A stretch of DNA of 34,714 nucleotides from positions 1 to 34,714 of the forward strand of contig JANMQV010000129.1 in the NCBI GenBank assembly GCA_031370645.1, given 5' to 3'. This document shows, in pieces, positions 1 to 8,771 of the stretch. This DNA comes from Candidatus Eiseniibacteriota bacterium. GTDB lineage: Bacteria; Eisenbacteria; RBG-16-71-46; SZUA-252. Made by a program: the position numbers and the translations under genes. Below the pieces are notes generated by a model. It was not told the DNA's origin. It saw nothing but the letters and a program-made list of their open reading frames with translations, and ran no database searches. Every line of letters begins with the position of its first letter. Positions within the stretch are counted from its first letter, which is position 1.

Positions 1-210
1 GGACTCCGGGGCGGCGTGCGCGTCGCGGTCTACAACGCGCTCGGCGTCCCCGTCCGCCTGCTGCACGACGGCCCGATGCGCGCTTCGTCCGCCACGATCG
101 CGTGGGACGGCCGAGACGGGGCCGGGCGCGCGGTGCCGAGCGGCGTCTACTGGATCGCCGTCGAGGGAGGAGGGGAGCGTCATGCGCTTCGTGTCGTTCG
201 GCTCCGCTAG
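1..210 (+). CDS. 3' end (partial) of a secreted protein ending in a FlgD-Ig / T9SS-like C-terminal domain
   Basis: Frame open from base 1 to TAG at 208-210. Translation RVAVYNALGVPVRLL...IAWDGRDGAGRAVPSGVYWIAV...RVVRLR fits the FlgD_ig-type 'YD/N..G..VR...WDGRD..G..V.SGVY' pattern. Confidence 0.85.
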   Translation, partial: GLRGGVRVAVYNALGVPVRLLHDGPMRASSATIAWDGRDGAGRAVPSGVYWIAVEGGGERHALRVVRLR

Positions 211-211
211 G

Positions 212-2206
212 GTGAATCGAACCCGTGGCGGCGCGCTCGCCGACGGAACCCTTCTCGCGGCGCTCCTCTTCATCACCGCCGCGAGCAGCGGCGCATTCGC
301 CGCCGAATCCGTGGAAGACGCCTCCGCCCGCTGGGTGCCCGCGCTTCGCTCCATGCGCTTTCCAACCGGGACGTCGCTCGTCGAGAGTCCGGGAGGGACG
401 AGTGGAGAAGAGGCCGAGCGTTCCCTCCGCGCCGCGGGGTACGACATCGCGGTCTCCATTCCGCCTCATGTTCATGTCGTTCGCGCCGGGCGCCGGCACG
501 GCCCGCTTCCAGCGGGATTCGCGCTCCGAGCGGGGGGCACCGAAACCGCGGAGCCTCTTCCGGCCGCGGGGGTCGGCGGCGGCGGCGCCATGCCCCTGCC
601 CGCCTCCTCGCTTCTCGGCGGCTCAGACCCGACGTCGAGCGATCCCTTCGGCGGAGTCCCCGACGCGCTCCCGCCACTTCGCGGCACGAGGGACCCTTCC
701 GCAGCGCGCGCCGCGTTCCGTTCCGGCGCCACGCCCACCCTTCCGGCGGGGCTCTTCTACGGGACGCGCTGGGAGGACCTGAGCGAACTCATGGTGGGGC
801 GCGTCGGGATTGGAATCTTCTTTCCCGAGAGCGACGGCTCCGTGGACGTCGATCGCTACGATTGGACGCCGGCGCTACGCGACTCGGTCGTTCGCTCCGC
901 GGTGCGCGGGTTCCTCAAGTGGAGCAATTTCGCCGCGGCGAGAAACATTCCGCTGTCGTTCCACCTGGAAATCCATCCGTCGCTGCCGACGCGTTACGAG
1001 CCGATCAGCCGTCCGGTCTCGCAAGAGGAGCTCTGGGTCGAGGACGTGCTCCGGCCCGTGCTTGGTTATCGCGGGGACGCCTTCGCGATGGCGGAGGAAG
1101 CCGCGAACGGTGTTCGCGCGCGGCTCGGCACCCAGTGGGGTGGGCTCGTCTTCGCCGTGCAGAACGACTCATCCTCCGTCGGGAGTTTCCCGGACGGGCT
1201 CATCGCGCACGCGCGGCTCGGCGGTCCATGGTTCGTGATCCCGGTGAACAATCTCCGCACGACCAGCGCGACGCTCGACTACTACATGGAACACGAAGTG
1301 ACGCATCTCTTCTGGGCTCTCGACGAGTACCCCGCGAACAACGCGTGGTGGTCGTGCAACATCACCACGGGCTATTTCGAACAGCCCAACTGGAATTCTT
1401 CGATTCCATTTCCGGGATATTGTTTCTGGGATCAGCGATGTCTCATGCGCGGAAACTACCCGGACTCGCTTTGCGAATTCACCGCAAAGCAGGTAGGCTG
1501 GGTCGATCTCGATCAGACCTCGGCGTACGACCTCTTCGAAACGAGACCCGCCGTCGTTCCGGATTCGTCGCGCTTCCGGATCGTGACCGGCCGATCGATT
1601 TGGCTTCGGGCGAAGGCAAGCGAGACCGCGCTACCGAACCGAAACCCCTATCGCTTCTACAGTGGAGATTCCATCTCGGTGTCGACGATCGATTCAGTCT
1701 TCTATCGCGTGGATGGTGCGGCGTGGAATTCCTTTCCTCCCTTGGACGGCGTGTTCGACGAGGGGGAGGAGATGGTCGAGATCACGATCAACCCGCTCCC
1801 CATCGGAAATCACACCGTGGAGTGGCAGGCGAAGAACCGAAACGGACGCTCGGCTCTCTTCAACGCGACGACCGCCGTTACCGTCTCGGGATCGACCGGC
1901 GCCGTTGACCCTCCCGGCTCCGAAAGCGGCCGCGCCCCGCTGCGCCTGCGGGTAGGACCGAGCCCCGGACGCGGGCCCGTCCGTTTCGCGCTGAGCGGGG
2001 CTCGCGCGACCGGCGCCCTCGTCCGCCTCTGGACCCCCGTCGGCGCGCTGGCCCGCGCGTGGCGCATTCCCGAAGGCGTGGCCGGCGCGGCCTGGTCGTG
2101 GGACGGCCGACTGAGCGGAGGCGAGGTCGCTCCGAGCGGCGTCTATTTCGTCACCCTCGATTCGGGAGGGGAGCGCGTGAAGCAGCGCCTCGTCTATTTG
2201 CGATGA
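212..2206 (+). CDS. Secreted zinc metalloprotease-like protein (HExxHxxxxxDEY) with Ig-like region and C-terminal FlgD-Ig/CTD tail
   Basis: GTG at 212 is in frame with ORF 182..2206 and lies just after the upstream stop. Signal peptide LLAALLFITAASSGAFA. Motif HEVTHLFWALDEY at 1292-1330. C-terminus WSWDGRLSGGEVAPSGVYFVTL...RLVYLR. Confidence 0.75.
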   Translation: MNRTRGGALADGTLLAALLFITAASSGAFAAESVEDASARWVPALRSMRFPTGTSLVESPGGTSGEEAERSLRAAGYDIAVSIPPHVHVVRAGRRHGPLPAGFALRAGGTETAEPLPAAGVGGGGAMPLPASSLLGGSDPTSSDPFGGVPDALPPLRGTRDPSAARAAFRSGATPTLPAGLFYGTRWEDLSELMVGRVGIGIFFPESDGSVDVDRYDWTPALRDSVVRSAVRGFLKWSNFAAARNIPLSFHLEIHPSLPTRYEPISRPVSQEELWVEDVLRPVLGYRGDAFAMAEEAANGVRARLGTQWGGLVFAVQNDSSSVGSFPDGLIAHARLGGPWFVIPVNNLRTTSATLDYYMEHEVTHLFWALDEYPANNAWWSCNITTGYFEQPNWNSSIPFPGYCFWDQRCLMRGNYPDSLCEFTAKQVGWVDLDQTSAYDLFETRPAVVPDSSRFRIVTGRSIWLRAKASETALPNRNPYRFYSGDSISVSTIDSVFYRVDGAAWNSFPPLDGVFDEGEEMVEITINPLPIGNHTVEWQAKNRNGRSALFNATTAVTVSGSTGAVDPPGSESGRAPLRLRVGPSPGRGPVRFALSGARATGALVRLWTPVGALARAWRIPEGVAGAAWSWDGRLSGGEVAPSGVYFVTLDSGGERVKQRLVYLR

Positions 2207-2216
2207 GTGGTACCCG

Positions 2217-2789
2217 ATGAGTTCTGCGGAACGTCTCGTTCCTCCCGGACCGGTCGGTGCGTCGGCCACATGGGCGCCGCCCTCGTTGCGCGGGCGGCGC
2301 TACGGCGAGGATCGGCTCCACCTTCTCGTTCGCGATCCCCGACGGGTGCTCGCGATCTGGGAGTTGAGCCAAGCGACCGCCTCCGGTGCCGCGGCGAGGG
2401 CGACGGAATGCGGCTCGCCCACCTGTTACGTGCTTCGAATCGAGCGGGCGCGCGACGCGGACCTCGCTCCGGAAGTCGTCGCCAACGCATCGTTGCCCGA
2501 CGCGCTGGGGGGAGAAGGGTGGTACCTCGCCATCCCTCCGAAGGCGGGCCGCTGCCGCGCCGTCATCGGTCTCGACCTCCCGAGCGGATTCGAGCCGCTC
2601 CTCACCTCGCGGTGGGCCGCCACGCCTCCGGATGGTCCGTGCGAGGAGACGGCGCCCTGGCCGCTCGGCGCCGAAGGGGAAGTGTGGGCCGCGCGTCAGT
2701 GGGCCCAGGCGCTCGCGGAACGCGCCCCGGCTCCGAGTTCGGCGGCTCGCTATCTGGCGCCGCCGACGGAGCGGGAGTCGACGCGATGA
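2217..2789 (+). CDS. DUF4912 domain protein
   Basis: YGEDRLHLLVRDPRRVLAIWEL, GWYL and LLTSRWAATP resemble DUF4912. The stop overlaps the GH57 start (ATGA 2786-2789), a familiar gene pairing. Confidence 0.75.
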   Translation: MSSAERLVPPGPVGASATWAPPSLRGRRYGEDRLHLLVRDPRRVLAIWELSQATASGAAARATECGSPTCYVLRIERARDADLAPEVVANASLPDALGGEGWYLAIPPKAGRCRAVIGLDLPSGFEPLLTSRWAATPPDGPCEETAPWPLGAEGEVWAARQWAQALAERAPAPSSAARYLAPPTERESTR

Positions 2790-4399
2790 GCGCTCCGACA
2801 GGGGAGACGCCAGGCGGATCCGTCGCCGGCTATCTCTCCCTCTTCCTCCACGCGCACCTCCCCTACGTGCGGCATCCGGAATACGAGGACTCGCTCGAAG
2901 AGCGATGGCTCGTGGAGGCGATCACCGAGTGCTACCTCCCGATTCTCTCGATGCTCGAAGGGCGCGCCGCTCGCGGCGCGAAGGGCGCGATCACCATCTC
3001 CCTCTCCCCGACGCTCCTGGCGCTCTGGGCTGATCCGTTGCTGCGCGACCGATACGTCCATCGGCTAAGGCGCCTCCTCGAACTCGCCGGGAGGGATGTG
3101 GCGCGTTACCGCGGCGACGCGTCGCTCGGACCGCTCGCGCGGCTCTACCGGGACCGCTTCGCCGCGTCGCTTGCCGACTACGAGGGGCGCTACGACCGCG
3201 ACCTGGCCTCGGCGTTCCGAGCCGTCGAGGAAGCGGGCGTCGTCCGCCTCGTCACCTGCGGGGCGACGCACGGATTCCTCCCTCTCATGGACCTCGGCCG
3301 GCCCGCGTGGCGCGCGCAGATCGGAGCGGCCGTGGGTGAGTTCGAACGCGCCATCGGGCATCCGCCGGAGGGGATGTGGCTGCCCGAATGCGGCTATGCG
3401 CCAGGGGTGGAAGAGGTGCTCGCGGAATTCGGTATTCGCTACTTCGTGGTCGATAGCCATGGGATTCGCCATGCGTGCCCGCGCCCCGTTCCCGGGACGT
3501 ACGCTCCGTTTCGGACCCGATCGGGCGTTCTCGCGCTGGGACGCGACGAGGAGTCGTCGCGGCAGGTCTGGAGCGCGACCGAGGGTTATCCCGGCGACGT
3601 CTGGTACCGCGAGTACTACCGCGATCAAGGGTTCGACCTGCCGCTCGAAGAAGTGCGCGCCTTTCTTCCTTCGGGAGGGACGAGGACGCATCTGGGCCTC
3701 AAGTACTACCGAATCACGGACAGGCGGCGCGAACATCGGGAGCCCTATCAACCCTCGGTGGCCGCCGAACGCGTGCAGGAACACGCGGCTCACTTCGTTC
3801 GCGCGCGCGCGGCGCAAGCGCGGGAAGCGTCGGCGGCCATCGGCCAGCCGGCTTTTCTCCTCGCGCCGTACGACGCGGAGCTCTTCGGGCATTGGTGGCA
3901 CGAGGGGCCCGCGTGGCTCGACGCGGTGCTCAACGGCGTGGAAGCGGAGCCCGCCCTCGAGGCCCTCGACGCGGGGAGCGCCGCTGCAAGGCTTCCACGT
4001 GCGTCCGAAGGGACGCTTCACGTTTCCAGTTGGGGCGCCGGCGGATACGCCGGATTTTGGCTCGACCCGGAGAACGATTGGATCTACCGCCACCTCCTTC
4101 GCGCGTCGGAGCGAATGCACACGCTCGCGAGACGGGGCGACGGGGGCGATCCGCTGCGGGGGAGGGCGCTCCGCCAGGCGGGCCGAGAGCTCCTCCTAGC
4201 GCAGGCGAGCGACTGGGCGTTCATCATGAAAACGGGAACCCTTGTGCCCTACGCCATTCGACGGACCGAGAGGCACTTGGAGGCCTTCGAGCGGCTGGCC
4301 CAAATGCTCGAACGGGGAGAGCTCGCGGAGGCCGCAGTCGTGGCGGCGGAAGTGGCGCATCCCCTTTTCCCTACGCTCGATCCCGGGCTTTTTGCTTGA
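2786..4399 (+). CDS. GH57 family 1,4-alpha-glucan branching enzyme (DUF1957 C-terminus)
   Basis: Motifs LHAHLPYVRHPE, EAITECYLP, THGFLPL, GMWLPECGY (catalytic Glu), PYDAELFGHWWHEG (catalytic Asp), RELLLAQASDWAFIM. The true start is probably ATG 2786 (GGGAG upstream), not 2207. Confidence 0.93.
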   Translation: MSAPTGETPGGSVAGYLSLFLHAHLPYVRHPEYEDSLEERWLVEAITECYLPILSMLEGRAARGAKGAITISLSPTLLALWADPLLRDRYVHRLRRLLELAGRDVARYRGDASLGPLARLYRDRFAASLADYEGRYDRDLASAFRAVEEAGVVRLVTCGATHGFLPLMDLGRPAWRAQIGAAVGEFERAIGHPPEGMWLPECGYAPGVEEVLAEFGIRYFVVDSHGIRHACPRPVPGTYAPFRTRSGVLALGRDEESSRQVWSATEGYPGDVWYREYYRDQGFDLPLEEVRAFLPSGGTRTHLGLKYYRITDRRREHREPYQPSVAAERVQEHAAHFVRARAAQAREASAAIGQPAFLLAPYDAELFGHWWHEGPAWLDAVLNGVEAEPALEALDAGSAAARLPRASEGTLHVSSWGAGGYAGFWLDPENDWIYRHLLRASERMHTLARRGDGGDPLRGRALRQAGRELLLAQASDWAFIMKTGTLVPYAIRRTERHLEAFERLAQMLERGELAEAAVVAAEVAHPLFPTLDPGLFA

Positions 4400-4425
4400 C
4401 ACTTTCGGAGGTGGATTCGTACCCT
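4396..4425 (+). promoter_or_regulatory. Putative sigma70 promoter TTGACA-N18-TACCCT for the lipoprotein/barrel/tld unit
   Basis: Perfect -35 TTGACA at 4396-4401, overlapping the GH57 TGA. TAnnnT -10 at 4420-4425. Confidence 0.55.
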
Positions 4426-4470
4426 TCGCGGCGTTCCCCCCCCACGGCTCGATTGATCCGAGGAACATAC

Positions 4471-5658
4471 ATGCCTCGTCGCAAGACTGTACGTGTAGGG
4501 CTTCTCTTTGTTCTCGTTCTGGCAGGCTCGCTTTCGTGCGGAGAGAAAACCCCGACCGAGCCCGCACTAGCGTCCGACATCATCGCGCCCGGCTTCTCGG
4601 AAAACTTCGAGACGTCGCCCCTGCGGGAGTCGCGAGAGCTCCTCATCGATGGGCGGGCGACCGACATCGAATGGAACGGCACGGGTGACCCCTCGTTCGT
4701 GATCGTCCGAGGCGACGGCGGCAATTATTTCCTGCTCGTCCGCTCCCTCTGGACGTTCGATGCCCAAACCGGGGCTCCGCGCGGCATCTTTTTCATGCTG
4801 CAGTGGCCCGACCGCGAGGAGAATCGCCTCGAGGAGCCGCTCGTCACGAATATCGACACGGGCGACGCGGATGGGCTCAACACAATCGACTGCGTGAATG
4901 ACGATCGGATCGTCAACCCGGCGTCGTGGACGCGCTCCAATCTGCATGAAGATCAGGTCTTCGTGGAGATCTACAGCGACTCCGTCGGAAACTACCCCGC
5001 CGACGCCTGGCGCTGGGGCGCCGGCACGACCGACCCTTCCGTTCCGGTCAATCCGACCGAGTACCTGGGCGCCGATCTCGACGAGACGCGCGGAGCGGCC
5101 GCCCACCCGCTTGGCGGCGCGGTCGAGGATTATTACAGCACCGGTGGTCCTTGGTCGCTCGACGTGGGACTCCTTCCTAGTATTCCGAATACGGTTCCCG
5201 GTTCGGCAGTCCCCATCTTCCGGCCCGACAAGGCGACACGCGACGTACGCCTGAATCGCGGCAAGCCGACCGCCTACGTGCTTTGGAAGCCGGTCGCCAC
5301 GACGCTGACGGAGTGCGACACGCTGAATCCTCTCCGGCTCGACGACGCCTCGGTTCGGGACAAGACGTGGAACCCCAACGACTACATCCCGTCCGTGTCG
5401 ATTCAGCTCGCCGATTCCAGCCAGTCCGACGTGGTGGCCCGCGGCACGTGGCTCGAGGGGAAGTGGTCGCTCGAGTTTCGGCGTGCGCTGACCGCGCGGC
5501 CCCCGGACATCCAGAGCATCCCCCAGCCCCCGCGTCCCGACGACATCATCTTGCGGGAGGGGCACCGCTACATGGTGCGCTTCACGATCTACAACGCGAC
5601 GAAGACACGCTCTAGCCAGACCGAGTTGCTCCCCCTTTATCTCAAGCCGAGGAACTGA
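4471..5658 (+). CDS. Lipoprotein with EB_dh / CBM9-DOMON-like beta-sandwich domain
   Basis: ATG 4471 follows GAGGA. Basic N-terminus, hydrophobic stretch and lipobox-like LAGSLSC. Segments IDGRATDIEW, IFFMLQWPD, EDQV, DAWRWGAG and DVVARGTWLEGKWSLEFRRAL resemble ethylbenzene-dehydrogenase-gamma/CBM9-like proteins. Confidence 0.65.
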   Translation: MPRRKTVRVGLLFVLVLAGSLSCGEKTPTEPALASDIIAPGFSENFETSPLRESRELLIDGRATDIEWNGTGDPSFVIVRGDGGNYFLLVRSLWTFDAQTGAPRGIFFMLQWPDREENRLEEPLVTNIDTGDADGLNTIDCVNDDRIVNPASWTRSNLHEDQVFVEIYSDSVGNYPADAWRWGAGTTDPSVPVNPTEYLGADLDETRGAAAHPLGGAVEDYYSTGGPWSLDVGLLPSIPNTVPGSAVPIFRPDKATRDVRLNRGKPTAYVLWKPVATTLTECDTLNPLRLDDASVRDKTWNPNDYIPSVSIQLADSSQSDVVARGTWLEGKWSLEFRRALTARPPDIQSIPQPPRPDDIILREGHRYMVRFTIYNATKTRSSQTELLPLYLKPRN

Positions 5659-5665
5659 GCACTTC

Positions 5666-7312
5666 ATGAATCCGACGACATCCGTGGCCCCGAACCACGC
5701 CCGGCGCACCGTCGCGGGGTTCCGACTGCTGACCGCTCTGGCGGCGGCGGCCGTACTGGGCTCCATCGGTGCCTCCGACGCGCGCGCGCAGGTCGCGCGC
5801 GCCTGGACCAACGACACGCCCCTCGATCCCTACTCCGCCTGGCGCGGCGCCCGAGTCCTGGCCATGGGCGACCTCAGCGTGGCGGTCGAGGACGATCGGA
5901 ATCCGCTGAATGTCTACGGATACTCGGAAAACCCCGCGGGGTTTCTCACCGTTCGAGACAGCTCGTACGTGGAGCAGGGAACCGCGTATCGCGACTACTT
6001 CGATCGTTACTACGGACGGTCGAACAGCGCCGTCACCCGGAATAGCACGCTCCGCGTCGGCTGGCTCACGGGAAACAAGTGGGCGATCGGGGCCGACCTT
6101 CGATACTCGAGGATGCAGGCGAGCCGGCACGACCAGGGCACGGTGCAGGATCGGAGCCGCTTCATCCGCGACTTCGACGTCTCGCTCCCGGACTACTTCA
6201 TCCCGCGGACGGGCGACAGGACTATCGGCGCCGGCGTCATCTATCCGTCGGCCTCCGTCGTCTACGCGCGCCGCTTCCGGTCGTGGTTCACCCTCGCCGG
6301 GCGCTACACGCGGCGGGGAGAGCAAGAGGATCGGACGGTCCTCAACGATCCCTATGATTTCGACAATAAGTCCACGGCGAGCGAAATCGCGGGCGGACTC
6401 CTGATCCATCCGAACCGGATTACGAAGAAGATGCAGCTCGGACTCTCGGCCTCTTGGACGGGCGACAATTTGAAGGGCATCAGCAGTTCCTCGTTCAACG
6501 AAGACACGTACGAGCTGAAGAAGCCCGTGGTGGCCTGGGGAGCGCAGCTCGTCAGCCAATTCGGCTGGATCCACGGCATCGTGGAAGGCCGCCATCACTC
6601 CTACGACGGTGAACAGATCGCCCGCGTGAACTGGGCGCCGCAGTTCTTCCTCAATCCGTATCCGTCCGAGATCGACCAGAGTTTCGTCTTCAAGAAGCGC
6701 TGGACGTCGGGGCTCGTCGGCCTCCGGAACAACGAGGTCCGTTCGCGCTGGCAGGCCGACCTGCCGGGGACTCCCGTTCATCTGGGAGCGCGATACGCGT
6801 ACTACCGCGAGTACCAGTGGGCCAACCCCATCGCGGACGTCCTATCGCCGATGCTTCCGCTCGACGTCCGCCGCCTCGGTTACAAAACCGCCGGCGGCCT
6901 CTCGGTAGATCTACCCGACCAGGCAGGCGTCGTCGCCCTCGAGGTGCAGGCGGCGCGCGAGCAACGCGCCGATTGGCACGAGGAGCGTGGCGCGGCGGTC
7001 CCGACCGGTACGGCGCCGGACGTGATCATGGGCGAGATGAGCTATCGCTTCGGAGCGGAGTACAAGGCGCGGCCCTGGCTTCCGATTCGCGCGGGGGTCG
7101 CCCTTCGCCGTTTCGATCCCGATCGTCGCGACGGACAGCCGCCCTATCGCGGCATTCGCTTGAGCGCCGGCGCGTCGTATCGCTGGGACGCGCTCGGGCT
7201 CCTCTTCGACGGAGCCTGGGCGCACGAGCACTTCCGCTACACGCCGCTCGATCCCTCTGTCGAGATCGGCAAGAGCGACGAGCTCACCGTAACCATCCAG
7301 CGCCTCTTCTAA
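5666..7312 (+). CDS. Outer-membrane beta-barrel protein with FadL/PorV-like N-terminal motif
   Basis: Signal peptide ending ARA-Q. Motif GARVLAMGDLSVAVEDD...NPAG. Many amphipathic aromatic beta-strands and a C-terminal Phe (TIQRLF). Confidence 0.7.
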   Translation: MNPTTSVAPNHARRTVAGFRLLTALAAAAVLGSIGASDARAQVARAWTNDTPLDPYSAWRGARVLAMGDLSVAVEDDRNPLNVYGYSENPAGFLTVRDSSYVEQGTAYRDYFDRYYGRSNSAVTRNSTLRVGWLTGNKWAIGADLRYSRMQASRHDQGTVQDRSRFIRDFDVSLPDYFIPRTGDRTIGAGVIYPSASVVYARRFRSWFTLAGRYTRRGEQEDRTVLNDPYDFDNKSTASEIAGGLLIHPNRITKKMQLGLSASWTGDNLKGISSSSFNEDTYELKKPVVAWGAQLVSQFGWIHGIVEGRHHSYDGEQIARVNWAPQFFLNPYPSEIDQSFVFKKRWTSGLVGLRNNEVRSRWQADLPGTPVHLGARYAYYREYQWANPIADVLSPMLPLDVRRLGYKTAGGLSVDLPDQAGVVALEVQAAREQRADWHEERGAAVPTGTAPDVIMGEMSYRFGAEYKARPWLPIRAGVALRRFDPDRRDGQPPYRGIRLSAGASYRWDALGLLFDGAWAHEHFRYTPLDPSVEIGKSDELTVTIQRLF

Positions 7313-7322
7313 AGTAACGGTC

Positions 7323-8771
7323 GTGGACGACCTGCTCCGCCTCGCGCTCGACACGGCAGTCCAGCGCGGGGCGGACGTCGCCGACGTCCGCCTCGTCGAA
7401 TCGAAGCGGGAAGACATCCACGTCAAAGACGGCGAAGTCGGCGCGCTCGATCGAAGCGAATCGGCCGGCATCGGCGTCCGCGTCGTGGTCCGAGGCGGGT
7501 GGGGCTACGCGGCCACCGACGAGCTGACCCGCGACGGCGTCGCCGCCTGCGCGGCCCGCGCGGTGGAAATCGGGGAAGCGAGCGCTGGAGTACTCGTGAG
7601 CCCCGTCCGTCTCGCTCCGGAGCCGCCGCACCGCGCCGTCTGGTCGAGCGAGTGCTCGATCGATCCGTTCACCGTACCGCTCGAGCGAAAGCTCGATCTC
7701 CTCGTCCGCTGCGGCGAAGCCATGACGAGCGTGAAGGGCGTCACCACCGCCGAGTCGTTCCTCTCCTTCCTCCGCCGCCGCACGCGCTTCCTTTCCTCGG
7801 AAGGCGCGGATCTCGACCAGACCTGCACGCGCTCCGGCGGGGGACTCGTCGCGCTCGCCGTGGAAGGGGATCAGGTTCAGCGCCGAAGCTATCCCCAGTC
7901 GGAGGGATTTTTCCTCTCTCGCGGGTACGAGTTCGTCGAGGAGATCCCGTGGATCGAGAACGCCGGACGAATGGGGGAAGAGGCGGTCGCGCTCCTTCGG
8001 GCGGATCCTTGTCCCCAGGGGGAACTCGACTTGATCCTCGAGGGCTCCCAGCTCGCGCTCCAGATCCATGAATCGTGCGGTCACCCGACCGAACTCGACC
8101 GCGCGATCGGGATGGAGGCGAACTACGCGGGAACGTCGTTCCTGACGACCGACAAGCTCGGGAAGCTTCGCTACGGATCGCCGGTGGTCACTCTCACGGC
8201 CGACGCCACGCTTCCGCACGGCCTCGCCACCTTCGGCTTCGACGACGAGGGCGTGATGGCGCAGCGCTGGCCGATCGTGAACGCCGGCCGGTTCGAGGGC
8301 TACCTGACTTCCCGGGAGACGGCGCACCGCATCGGCGAGCCGCGAAGCCGCGGCTGCGTGCGGGCCGACGGCTGGCATCACATCCCGATGATCCGGATGG
8401 TGAACCTGAGCCTCGAGCCGGGACGGGGATCGCTCGACGATCTCATCGCCGATACCGATCACGCGATCCTGATGGAGACGAATCGCTCCTGGTCGATCGA
8501 TCAGCTCCGATACAACTTCCAGTTCGCGACCGAGATCGCCTGGGAAATCAAGAAAGGGAAGCGCGTGCGGATGCTCCGGAACCCCACCTACCAGGGGATC
8601 ACGACCGGATTCTGGAACTCGTGCGATTTCGTCTGCGGCCCGGAAGCGTGGTCGCCCTGGTCGGTCATGAACTGCGGCAAGGGGCAGCCGGGCCAGGTGG
8701 CGGAGATGACGCACGGGGCGGCACCGGCCCGATTCCGAAAAGTTTGCGTGGGAGTCGCCTCCGATGCGTAG
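7323..8771 (+). CDS. tldD: TldD/PmbA family metalloprotease, catalytic TldD subunit
   Basis: GIGVRVVVRGGWGYA, HESCGHPTELDR (HExxxH), FDDEGV, RMVNL and CGKGQPGQ (metal-binding Cys). Confidence 0.92.
   Translation: MDDLLRLALDTAVQRGADVADVRLVESKREDIHVKDGEVGALDRSESAGIGVRVVVRGGWGYAATDELTRDGVAACAARAVEIGEASAGVLVSPVRLAPEPPHRAVWSSECSIDPFTVPLERKLDLLVRCGEAMTSVKGVTTAESFLSFLRRRTRFLSSEGADLDQTCTRSGGGLVALAVEGDQVQRRSYPQSEGFFLSRGYEFVEEIPWIENAGRMGEEAVALLRADPCPQGELDLILEGSQLALQIHESCGHPTELDRAIGMEANYAGTSFLTTDKLGKLRYGSPVVTLTADATLPHGLATFGFDDEGVMAQRWPIVNAGRFEGYLTSRETAHRIGEPRSRGCVRADGWHHIPMIRMVNLSLEPGRGSLDDLIADTDHAILMETNRSWSIDQLRYNFQFATEIAWEIKKGKRVRMLRNPTYQGITTGFWNSCDFVCGPEAWSPWSVMNCGKGQPGQVAEMTHGAAPARFRKVCVGVASDA

Noticed and set aside
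2207-2785. N-terminal extension of the GH57 ORF, and similar extensions at 3475, 13057, 20549, 24495, 26435 and 30099
   Set aside because: They overlap real upstream genes in another frame. Better starts with an SD or stop/start overlap exist downstream.
4471-7312. Porin-cytochrome electron conduit
   Set aside because: No CxxCH heme-c motifs in either protein.
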